Below, one piece after another: positions 38,051-49,365 of a DNA stretch of 64,000 nt. Location: contig NC_045696.1 of NCBI RefSeq assembly GCF_009834535.1, forward strand, positions 63,552,001 to 63,616,000, read 5' to 3'. The position numbers and the translations under genes are program-made. Numbering within the stretch: position 1 is the first letter of the stretch; every line of letters starts with the position of its first letter. This DNA comes from Camelus ferus. Taxonomy: Eukaryota. The notes below the pieces were generated by a model. It was not told where the DNA came from. It saw nothing but the letters and a program-made list of their open reading frames with translations, and did no database searches.

Positions 38051-38389
38051 CCTGACCATGCAGTCCAAGCTCCTGGGTGTGGCAGTCACGATCTCCCACA
38101 CTCTAGTCCCAAGTTGATCTGTTTGTCCACTTCTCAACTCTTATATCTCTCATATCTTCCTGTGGGACTCTGCTCATACTGTTCCCTCCCTCGGAAAGCC
38201 TTTGACCACTTCCAAGTATCTAAATCCATTTCTCCTCCAAGATCCAGCTCAAACATCCTGTAATTTTGGCAGATCCCAAAGATTCCTCCTCCAGGAACAT
38301 TCTTCCCTTCCCTGACCTCCACAGCATTATTTCTTTTCCTCCTCTCTCCCTCCCTCCCCTTTCTTTCTCTTTTTCTGAGTTTTACCTTT

Positions 38390-38855
38390 AAAGCAGGATT
38401 TCTTTGAATCATGATTATCAGAGTCACTCAAGGAACTTCAAAACATATATATGCCCAGGCCACACTCCAGAGAAATTAAATCAGAATTCCATGATGAAGC
38501 CTGTCATCATATATTTCAAAAGTTCCCCAGATAATTTTAATGTATACCTGAAATTAAGTCCCTCTTTCCTAAAATGACCAGAAGGAAAACCATGATAGGA
38601 AGAGAGGTGAATTCACAGTTCAGAGACCCAAATTCTGTTCAGTGCTCTGTCCCAACTGGCTGTTTAACTTTGAGCAGATCACGTGCCCTTTCTGAGCTTC
38701 TGTTTCCCAAATTGTTAAATGAGGCTTTATTTTAGATCAGTGGCTCCCAAAGTTGGTGGATGCCTGGATCCCATCCCTAGAGATTTCCATTTAATTGATA
38801 TTAGGGTGGTGGGGCTGGATTCTACCTTGCAGCCAGGGTTGAGTACCACTCTCAT
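38390..38855. mobile_element. Cluster of MER5-type and MIR fragments
   Basis: AATTAAATCAGAATT...AAGTTCCCCAGATAATTTTAATGT (38390-38560); MIR-like 38620-38725; CAGTGGCTCCCAAAGTT...GGTTGAGTACCACT (38738-38850). Confidence 0.65.
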
Positions 38856-41171
38856 AGATCTTGTCCAGGGGCCATGAAACTGGGTCTGATGGTTTACTTT
38901 TGGGAAGCAAGCATGCCTACCTCTTCAAATCCGTGGATTTCTCTGCCCCGGCTCCTATTAACCTTTCCTCCCCGAAGAATGAATGCACACCTGGTGTTGG
39001 TGATGGGGAATGAACACATGTCTGGTGTCAGTGATGAAAGGCACATGCGTTTCCTTGTCTGGTAGCAGGACAGCCAGGGACATTGGATCCTCCCGCAGGC
39101 GGACATGGTGGGTGTGTTTGGCCATCATGGCAGAAGGAAGATTAAGGATCAGATGAAAATCCTCACCAGAGGCCTGGCAGAGTGTCACTGAAGGGGCTTA
39201 TTTTTCAGCAACCTCAAGGCCTTATGTGTCTCAGCTCCAAAAATCTTTGTCCCACCAGCACAGCCGGGAAGACAAGTTCCCCTTTACATCAGGTCACAGT
39301 TAAAGGCAGGTGTAAAAGGAGAACTCATAAGGAGCAAGAGACAGGATGCACCCAAGGCAGTTGAGGTCGAAACTGGATGAGAAGTCGGGCTCCAGCCTGA
39401 GGAAGGCAAAATGACCCAGCCTCGAGGGGAGGGGTGGAGGGGAGGAAACGGCCTGCTTATTTAAGGGGTGGGGGCGGGGAAGGGAAGTGAGTGCTTACAT
39501 AAGCACCTCTCTGATGAAGGTGTTGCTGATCCCGGGAGATGCCCAGCAGTCATCCACAGTGGGCCCCTCTGTTTATCTGCACATCAGGCTGTTCCCCTGC
39601 AAAGGAAACCAGCCCAAGTGTGGGGGAACCCAGAGCAGGGACCTTCCACCTCAGGACCAGGAGAGTGGAAGAGTGAAGATGGGGGAGACACTCCCTGAGG
39701 TCTTCGTGCCCGCCCCCACCACCCCCACTTACAAGGAACCCTTTCTTACTCTGCTCTGTTTTTCCAGGCCCTTTCCCACAGTGATTCCCTCTCCTGAGAG
39801 ATAGGCTGGTCCTGAGTCCTGCTGCTGCCAGAGGAGGGAGGGGCTGTGTTGTGCAGGAAGAGGCCTGAGTTGTTTTGTAGATGAGAAGACAGTCCTGGCA
39901 ATGCGGTGTCTGGCCCAGGCCAGACCTGGGAGCCAGGGCAGAGGTCAGGCTGTCTGTCTGAGCTTGGAGCACTAGACCGTGCTTCCTGGTGACTTTACAG
40001 TCTAAGCTATTGAGGAAGAAAATGCACATGGAAAAGGAACTTTGTTTGGATCTCTGACGCTGGCTGGACCTGCTCTTCCTGCGGTGGGGGCCATAAGGAT
40101 GTCACAGGGCAGTACGTGTGATGTGTTGTCCCCCACCCCCACCCCACCCCCTTCAAGGTGTCTGGTGAAGGCTGAGGAGGTTATTCCCTAAAGTTAAGAC
40201 ACCTGAGCTTGCTCCAGGCAAACTAAAAGTTTGGGGACTTGAATGTTGGTCAAATAGAGCTTTCTGGTCCCAAGGAGGGAGAGAAATCATAAAGGTCACC
40301 CACCCGGCAGGCTCAGCAGGGCTTTGGAAGCATCAACCCTCTGCAAGGCCATCATTTGCTTGCCTTACATAAAGATGGATCAGAGTGATCTGAATCCCAC
40401 TTCCTTGGCAAGGGCTAGGGTGCGAGTGTGGAGGGGAGGGGGACTGTGAGCCACATCTGAGCTTTGGTGTGGCCCCAGCACTCCATGCAAATGGGAGAAG
40501 GCCTCGGGGGCATTTTTGGATCCCTATATTATAAAGTAGTTGGAGAACCCAAAGTTAGAAGGGAGCTTGGATCCATTTAGGATCTCTCTGCCTCCGATGG
40601 GCTGGCCTGCTGGTTTCCAGATGAGAAGACCGGGGCCCTGGAATGCATGGTGATTTGTTCTCCCCGGAGCTGTCCACAGTCAGGCCCAGAGCAAGCTTGC
40701 CACCCTCAGCCCCGGGCACTCTCCGTGGCTCCCTGCATCCTTCCTCCTCAAGACTTGACTCTGGACCCTTTGGCCTGCTCTGATATCCCTGCCCTCTGGG
40801 AGGGCCATCTCCAGCTGTGTGATTTTTGGCAAATCTCTTAACCACAGTGTCACTCAATCCAATGCAGTTGGGCAGCCAGGCATGACCCAGACTCCTGGGA
40901 ACACAGCTGTGCCACCGATTAGCCCTTCTCTCCCAGCTCGTCCATGGCCTTGGAAAGAGGATCTGGTTGGGGAGAAAAGTTGGGGAGAGTTTGACCTGGC
41001 TTAGCAACACCCCATAAAGACTTGGCTTATGCAACCCCCCTGCCCCACCCCCACCCCCACCCAACCCTAGGAAGAATGTAAAGAAGAAACATCCTAAGTG
41101 GTGGGCCTTCACGAGATCTTCATTGGCTTCCTCCCACACTCATCCACAGGGTCGGTTTTAAGAAAAAAAAA

Positions 41172-41259
41172 GGGGGGGAGGGGTTTGGGCATATAGCTCA
41201 GTGGCAGGGTGTATGCTTAGCATGCAGTGAGGTCCTGGGTTCAGTCCCCAGTACCTCCA

Positions 41260-41319
<60 letters not shown>

Positions 41320-41365
41320 ATGTCTTTGAAAAAAAAGAAAGAAAGAAAGAAAAAAAAAAAAAACG
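41172..41365 (+). mobile_element. Vic-1-like SINE with expanded (TAAA)n and (GAAA)n tail
   Basis: ATATAGCTCAGTGGCAGGGTGTATGCTTAGCATGCAGTGAGGTCCTGGGTTCAGTCCCCAGTACCTCC followed by ~17 TAAA units (41251-41320). Confidence 0.92.
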
Positions 41366-42214
41366 AAAAGGAGGAAAAAGAATGAAAGGAGGCTAGATGT
41401 GGTGACTGCCTCCAGAGAGAATGGGCCAAGATGACTGCCAACTGCATCATTTAAGGCTGTCCCTGGAAATCCACAGAAGGACCTTCAGTTTAACATGTTT
41501 GGAAAAGGAGGAATGTTGTCCGAGGTCAAACAGCAGGGTGACAGTGGCAGGATCCAGAGATTCCCCAGCTCCTTCCTGCCTGTGGAGGGCTAAACTCCAT
41601 CCTGTGGGCTGTTTGCGCAGGTGAAGATCAAGGGGGCATTTCTGATGGCAGCCTGCCGAGGGGAAGCATGGACCACATCCCTGCCTGGTACTGGGCTGAT
41701 AATGAACTTCTCTGACTGATGGATTGCGCTACCTTGTGAGACCCTGTGGGAAGGCTAGGGGAAGCCCTCAGCCCTGAGATGTGGGTGCAATGCCAAGTCT
41801 CTTCAAGAGCCGCCTGAAGGGGGGCGACCAAGGAGGAGGGAGCATTCCCGTGGTTAGCTCTGTCACCTGAGGCTCCCTTGAGCATCTCAGAGACACCCCC
41901 TTTCAACAGTGGAGTTCAGGCAGGCAGGTGGGCAGAGCACCTGGGAACTGACAGGGCCACTGGGATGGCATTCATGCCTGGGAGAGGCCTGAAAGCCTAT
42001 CGGAGAGAAAGGGCTGAGTCCGGTGAATGTGTGGAAGTGACGGGGCCATTCCGCTGGGTGGTCAGCATGGGGGCAGTTCCGGCAAGGGAGACAGGCCTCA
42101 GCTGTGGAGGAGGGGGCGCAGAGGGAAGACAGTAGCAGGCAGGGCTTCCCCTGCCCCGGCCCAACAAGTGACCAGTGCTGTCAGATCCTTGGAGCTTAGA
42201 GATAAGCAGGACAG

Positions 42215-42400
42215 GCTTAGCAGTCAGACAAGGTCCCAGCTTCCCCTCTTTCTGTTCTAGCTGTGTGAACGTGGGCAAATGACTTCACTCCTGTGAGCCT
42301 TAGTTTCCTTCTTAGTAGGATGCGGATTAGAATACCGTGCTCACAGCTCATCGTGAGAATTCAGAACCACCACACATGGCACATGTTTATCACAGGGCCT
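42215..42400 (+). mobile_element. MIR SINE
   Basis: CTAGCTGTGTGAACGTGGGCAAATGACTTCACTCCTGTGAGCCTTAGTTTCCT. Confidence 0.75.
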
Positions 42401-43007
42401 GCCGCTCAAAATACAGTGATTATTTTTCCTTTCAGGGATTGTTTCCAGACCCCCTGAAGCTGCTGGTTTACAGAATGGGAGTCTTTCTTGTGGCACCCAG
42501 GAGAGAGAGCACAGAGGGAGGGCAGAGGCTGGAGGGCCTTTCTGTGGGCCACCGCCTGCCTGTGCTGCTGTTTACTGTAGCTGGAGTACAGGGGCTGCGG
42601 CCCCCTCATCTCTTACAGATGAGTCCAGAGCACAAAGAGACCCTCCTCCTCCTTGGAGGTGGGCTAAAGATGAGGTCCCTCCATTCTCTGCTGTCTCATC
42701 CCCAAGTCCCTCTCACACTGTCACATTCCTTCAGGCTCCTCCCAGCTGGCCTCACAGTGTGGGAAGGGGCTCAGACGGCTAAAGGCAGGTCTGGCTCAGG
42801 CCTCGCCTGGCTGCGTGTGACCTCCCACTAGCCTCTGGGAGCTGCCAGGGTCTCAGCATCCCTGCCCGGAGCCAGTGTCCTCCGTGGGGATAGACCATTG
42901 CTGGATACCACCACGGTCCTCTGGCCTGATGTTTTGATGTGCACATCCTGGCTGGTAAGGAGGATTGGGGTCAGAAGGATTGAGGGAGGTGCAGGGCTAG
43001 TACTAGG

Positions 43008-43050
43008 AGTGTGTATGTGTGTGTGCATGTGTGTGTGTGTGTGTGTGTGT
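43008..43050. repeat. Imperfect (TG)n microsatellite
   Basis: GTGTGTATGTGTGTGTGCATGTGTGTGTGTGTGTGTGTGTGT. Confidence 0.9.
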
Positions 43051-43639
43051 AGTGGGGGTGTGCGTAGAGATGGTGTGTGTGGCTCCCAAACACCTGGTGG
43101 GTCAGGACCTGCTGCCTCTACTTGCACTGCTCCTGTGAGGATGCCTTCGGGCTGAAGATGGCACCAGGGTCTGGTCACCAGGCTACAGTTAATTTAAAGG
43201 GGGTGGCGGGATCCATGGTAACCACGCTCTCAGTGGTTGTTTTTTAAGACAGGACTAAATCATGGGACCATTATGGTTGCATGAAAGCACTATGTTCTTT
43301 CTCATTTTAAGTCTTTGCTTCTCTCTGTGTGGAGCCCTATCCCCTCCCTCTTCTTTTGCTTCTTCCCCTCACTTTGCCTGTCTAATTTTATCCACTCATC
43401 ACATCTTGGTCAGTTTTTCCAAGTTTGGACTCCAGAGTTGGACCAGATGGCCCAGGTCTATGCCTCTCAGCACCCTATACTTCCTCCAGGATTAATATTC
43501 ACTATGTTACGTATTTTCTGTCTTCTTGAGTGGGCTGTAGACTTTCCCAAGGCAGGAAATGAATCTGTTTTAATCGCAAATCCAACTGCCTTAAATAATG
43601 AATATGTGTATTAGCTCTTGAAAATAAACATTCTCTCTC

Positions 43640-43750
43640 CATATATACATATATAACTGAATCACTATGCTGTACACCAGAAATTAACACAGCATTGTAA
43701 ACCGACTATACTTCAATACAAAAATAAAATGCTACTAAATTAAAAAAAAG
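43640..43750 (+). mobile_element. Short L1 3' end
   Basis: TATAACTGAATCACTATGCTGTACACCAGAAATTAACACAGCATTGTAAACCGACTATACTTCAAT plus A-rich tail; AAACATTCT flanks both sides. Confidence 0.85.
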
Positions 43751-46700
43751 AAAAACATTCTAGAGGGTAGCCTCAACATCGCTTTAATTCAGTGACTTGG
43801 GCGTGTAACTGAGGATCTAGTTTCTATTGCTCCGTCTTCTCTGCCTTCTGCGTATCAGCTCCGTCCTAAGACAAGCCTCTATGCTGCTTACACAGTGTCT
43901 GTTAGAGCCCCCAGGAAACGAGCTTTCTTTCCATGGGCAGAGAAAGAAGGACAGTACAGATTGTTGCCTCCCGAACCATCAAATAAAAGTCCCGGGCTTT
44001 TGTCATTGAGTGATCTGAAGTCACATGCCTAGTCCTGAACCGTGGAGAGAGGAAGAGGATCACAATGACTGATTTTGATCCTGGAGCTAGGTTGGGGCCA
44101 TTTGTACAAGACTGACGGTTATAAAGTAGGGGAAGGGTGTCCAGGAGATAAAGGACTGGTGGCAGGAAGATCCTGGAGAGAGCAAGTCCTAAAGGAGCTG
44201 GGTCCTGGACAAGCTGTTAGAGAAGAGCCTCAGACTCACGTGGACCGAGAGTGGAACCATTTCCATTCTTCTGAACTAGGGGAATTTGCAGCAAGGCAGG
44301 CGTTACTTTCACAATGAAAACCCAGTAGGGTCAAAGCTAGAATGCAGTGATCAAGGGGAAGACTGAATGGTGGGATGAGGCTGGAGATTCAGGGAGGGGC
44401 CAGATCGTGCAGAGCTTTGCAGGCCATTTTAAGATTTGAGAGATTGTGAGTAAGCAGAGCCTGTTTCCGCTGCTTCCCTTGAGAGAGCTATGAGGAAGGA
44501 GGCAGGCGCATCACCACTGCTGAAGCTTCCTTCTTTACTAAAAACAGTCTGGTTATAAGATGGTTGCTCACCTATCAAAAGCCCTTCTTGGTGACAACTG
44601 AAGATAAAATAGGGCGGCTGCCCAAATGTGTCTCCAGAATAATTGGCCAAGCCTTTGCTTTTCCAAGAAAAGCAATTGTTTAAGACTGTGCTCCTCAAAC
44701 TGGGGTTCTTGGTCTCCTTTCGGGGCGGGGACCCTGCAAAATACATTAATTCACAGGATAAACTTGGTATATCTTCATGGGGTGTAAGGTCACTTTGTGG
44801 TAATTTGAAATATTTTTAGAGTAAAACAAAAACATATTATAGACTAGTGGGATCCAAATTCTGCATACATTTCTAAGATTAACCACAGGCCTTAGGGAAT
44901 GTTTGGGCTTGAGTGCAGGTGGAGGGAGGGTGGAGGTGAGTGTATAGATAAACCTGGGCCCTTGCTGGCAAGCCTTTGGGGGTATGATTTCATTTTTTTT
45001 TTTTTTTTTCTGATTTGGGGTACTTGAGGGAGATATGAGAAACACTGGCTTCAAATGGCAGGGCCACCAATGCCTGTGCTTCAGGGCTGGGTGCCAACAT
45101 CACTCCTTTATGATCCCTTAATATCACAGAGCCAGGTGGGGGGACAAGGCAAGTCCTCCCCCCACCACATATAACAAGAGCCTTCAGGGACTTGGCAAGG
45201 AAGGCGCCTTGGATTTATCCAAGACAGAAGAATATGCGTTAGAGTGAACTCTGCTTGAACGAGTTACCTTGAAGTGAGGTAGGTGCCCAAGTCTGCAGAA
45301 TCACATCTGTGATGCCACCTGAACTCTTGGCTGTGACCCAAGGACAAAGCAGGGGTGGGGATGGGGCGCAGGCACGTCATAAACACTCTGCCTGTCATCC
45401 GCCTCCATGTGGTAAAGGTTATATTTGCTTGAAGTCATTGCCTTTGGTCTTTTCTTTCTCTCTCTCTTCTTTTCCAAGAATCTCAGTTCTTGGCAGCCTG
45501 GTTCCCCTCTCCCAGACCCCTCGCTGCCATCTGCATTTCTGTTGGACTGTAGTTGCTAAGCTTTTCGTCTTTGTGGTTTTTCTCTGACTGTCCAGTCAGA
45601 TCAGGAGGGAAGTGTCTATTTGTGAGTTTTGGTCCTCGAGGGCTCTAAGGATGTGTAAGGATTTGGAATTCTTTGTCTCTCTTTTTTTTTTTTATGAAGA
45701 ACTTTCTCCGTTCTTCCATGGGTATTTCTCAAATGATCAAGTCCTGCAGGTGACAAACCTCTTGATATCTTTGAGTATTTGAAATTTCCTGTGTGTGCCT
45801 GAGGAATGGCCTTCCCGGGAACGTGTTCTTGAAGTTCTTCAGGGTGGCCTCCCTCCCACAAAGTGAGACCTGTTCTACATGGGCCCCTGAGAGGAAGGAA
45901 ATGTCAGGCAGGTGGAGTTATGAGAATTATAAGGAGGAAACAGTCAAAATGTCACTCTATAACTAATTCAAGTGTAATTGAAATTTAATAATGTACAGCA
46001 ACCCGTTTTGCATTTATATCCCATCTTTCATCCGACTGTGGAAAATATTAAGCTTTTCAGTCCTCTGGTCTGGTTTTTGGGAAGAGTCCCGTCTGTGTTT
46101 TGTTTTGTTTTTTCCTCCTCCCCAACGCCAAGAAAGAGTAACTGACTTACTCAAGTTTGCACAATAGCTCCTCAGATTTGAGAGAAGTTGGTGTTGGTGT
46201 TATTTTCAGGCCCTGGGGACAGGAGACGGGGTTGGAAAACAAAGATGGCTTTTCTCTGGCCGAATGGTCATCCAATGAAATCCCTTCCTGATGGGCCAGC
46301 CCGATCAGGTGAGCACACTGATTTAGTTTAAAAAAAAAATATGAAAACAAAACAAGCCCAGTGTGACCTGTCCTTCTCACAAAGTGCCTGGTGCGAGGCG
46401 AGGGTGTGGCTTGGCCTTTGGCATCCGGGACCTCTGACTGGTGGTTTAGGAATTGGTCTGCTTTATTTTGTGAATACTGCCCAGCACTTGGAAGAATATA
46501 TTTCAGGGTTTGAGGGAGGTCTTTGAAGGTGATGGTGTCCGAGCCTGGGGGTAACGTAAGTGCATGAGCAACGTCTATGAAGATGGGGTGGGGCGTGTTG
46601 TATTTTATGATCCAATCTGTCTTCTTCCCAATTAAACTGTGTCTGGGGAATAAATGACACGCTTCTGGAAGCTAAACTTAGATCAGTTATGAATCTTGCT

Positions 46701-47721
46701 TGACAACATTTATGGAGATTTTGATCTCCCTATGTGTCTGTTTATGTATTTATAATTTATATCTCACTTATTCCACTTGCGATTTTAGGATTCCTATAAT
46801 ACATATTTGAAATGAAAATCAAAGATCAAAAACAACAGAAAAGGAGAAGGAAGAATGTACTTCAAGTTGCAAATGATACAGTCGTTAGGATTGGCAGTAG
46901 CTTTAACTGTGTTAGCTAGAAAGCAACTGTATTGATTTCTGAAATAAATTTATGTCAAAGATCTGTATACAAGGTACTTTGAAAACTGTAATGACTATAT
47001 TTTTAGCTGCACTTTTGCAACAGGTGCAGCTGTGTCTGTGTATCAGCGGGGTGTGTGTAGGGGGACTGGGACATCTCGGCAGACCCTCCCAGGAATCCCT
47101 TCTGTCCTCTGTCTCTCTGTGAGGACGGGGTGGTTAGGGTGGTTGGATGCAGGCAGGTGTCTCCATACAGTTGTGGGTTGCAGGCAATAAAAATGGCTTC
47201 AGAAGACAGAGGAGCAGAACCAGTCTTGATTACCTCCCGGTGTCCAGGCAGCAGGTGCTGGTGGGCAGTCCCTTTGGGGCTCAGCTGCTGGATGGACAAC
47301 CTCTGACTCTTCTTTCCAGCATCACTGTGCTTGGGACAAAAATCCCAGGATTGAGTCCAAGTGGCAAAGCATGGGTCATGTGATAACTCCTTATTGGGGG
47401 ATGTCAAGGAATTTTGACAGCCTCACCAAAACTGCATACAAGGAGGGCAGAGGACAGAGCCCTAACGGAGACTGGAATGCTGTTATCAAAGGACTTGCTT
47501 CCAGCAGGGAGCTCTAACTCCACCCCACATTGGCTTGGCTCAAAGAAATTTCCTAATTCAAAAATAAAGCTGCTTTTTTTTTTTTTTTTTTACTGTTTTC
47601 CATGATCTGAGCTTAGCCGAGTGATGTTTTCATGCTCAGCTGACCTGATGATTGTCCAATGATCAGTTTGAAAGCCAGCAGAGTATGGATTTTCTATCAT
47701 CAAGTAAAGGGCCAGTTGGGC

Positions 47722-48103
47722 AGGGTCCTGGGGCTGCCATAGCTCAGTGCTGCAAACTGGGTGGCTCCACACAGCAGAAATTTATTCTCTCAGTTGTGGA
47801 GGCCAGAAGTCTGGCATCAAGGTGTCGGCAGGGCTGTGCTCCTCCGAAGGCTCCAGGGGAGAGCCCCTCCTTGCCTCTTCCGGCTTCTCTCCAGAACTGT
47901 GAAGAATCAGTTTCTATTGTTTCTAAGCCACCCGTCTGTGGTACTTCTGTTGTAGCAGCCCATGCGGAGTGAGAGAGAAAATCTGTACGATCTCGTCTTC
48001 CCTTATACATTTTAATTACATCTGCAAAGACCCTATTTCCAAACAAGGTCACTTTCCCAGATTTCGGATAGACATGCGTTTGAGGGGACATTATTCAACC
48101 CAG
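47722..48103 (-). mobile_element. MLT1B/C-type MaLR LTR with an internal inverted 3'-end copy
   Basis: Antisense LTR (GGGCTGCCATAG...AAATTTATTCTCTCAGTTGTGGAGGCCAGAAGTC; TAATTACATCTGCAAAGACCCTATTTCCAAACAAGGTCAC) with a sense-orientation 3' end at 47889-47975. Confidence 0.85.
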
Positions 48104-48924
48104 GCCAGGCAGAGAATGGCGCTGGCTCCTCGGAGTGGGTGATGAAGTCAACTTTAAATACAAAAAAAAAAAAAAAAAAACAAACCAAAAAACCTGGAAT
48201 TCATTGTGAAGGAAGCTCCGGGACTTTTGTTTTCTGACTAAATGCCTTTGAAAAGTGCTCGGATTGTATAACTGGGCAAAACAGGTGCCATCAAGTTCTT
48301 GGACTAGTAAGTCAAGACTTAGCTTTTAGGGAGTCTAATACCGAGTCAGTTGAAGTAGCTTTGCCACGAAGGAAAAAAAATAGATTTTTCTTTGGTGAGT
48401 TCTGCAGGGCATTCCTGGACCTCAGTATGCCATTTGTCTCAGCGTGTTGTCCCCTGGCTTCAGGCCTATGTTTGTCTCCATTCAGCCCCTTCTCACCTTC
48501 CTTTTCCCAAATCTAGAACCGACAATCCCTTGAGTTACTTTAAGAGAAGAAAACAAGGGGCGTGGTCTCTAAGGGAGGTTGAGAAGGAGAACAGGAACTC
48601 GGAAACATGATGTGTTTGTCTCTCTCTCGGGCTTTTATGCTCCCTCGGGACTAAGTTACGGAGACGTGGTTCCCAGGCTGACCCACCGGCAGGGCCCGCA
48701 GAGAATTTGCTGGGTGTCAACTCAGGTATCTTTTCCTCATTTCATGTCACACAGCAGTCATAGGGAGAAATGCAGTTGGGCTTGATTTTAACATGGCTTT
48801 TAATTTTTCCTGATGCAGGTCTGGCTGGCAGGGCTAGGGGTGGTGTTCCGAGCCATGTGGACAAGGGCCAGTGGACCAGGGTCACTGAAAGCCATGCTAA
48901 AAGTGGACTTTATTCAGGAGGCTG

Positions 48925-49115
48925 CTCCCTCTCAAACTGGGCTCTCAGACCACCTACATCAGAATCCCTTGTGGGTGCGTGGTAAAAATGGAATTCCTGA
49001 GCTCCACCCACACCTTCCAAACCAAAATTCCGGGAGTGGCTCAGAAGTTTGCCCTTTTTTTGTCAGCACCCTGGGGGATTCTTGGGCAAACTAAAATTTG
49101 AGAGCTACTGCTGTA
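48925..49115. mobile_element. MER5A-like element
   Basis: CTCTCAAACTGGG...CACCTACATCAGAATC...CTAAAATTTGAGAGCTACTG. Confidence 0.75.
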
Positions 49116-49224
49116 GATTATGTGGAGCCTGGAAGCAGACTTGGGTTTTAGCAAGAGTATTTTGATATTGTAGGAAGGGAATGAAGCTAGAAGGCTGTTT
49201 CAGAATCCAGCATTTTAGGAAACA

Positions 49225-49365
49225 CATACTTATGCTTACTACATGCTATGCACTATTTTAGTTGCTCTAGAAACATAACAACCCTAGGAATAAGTTCTGT
49301 TATTACCTCCACATTCTGGAGGGGGAAACTGAGGCAGAGAAACTCGCCCAAGGTCATATAGCGGC
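49225..49365 (-). mobile_element. MIR SINE
   Basis: GCTTACTACATGC...AACAACCCTAGG...GGAAACTGAGGCAGAGAAACTCGCCCAAGGTCATATAGC. Confidence 0.75.
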
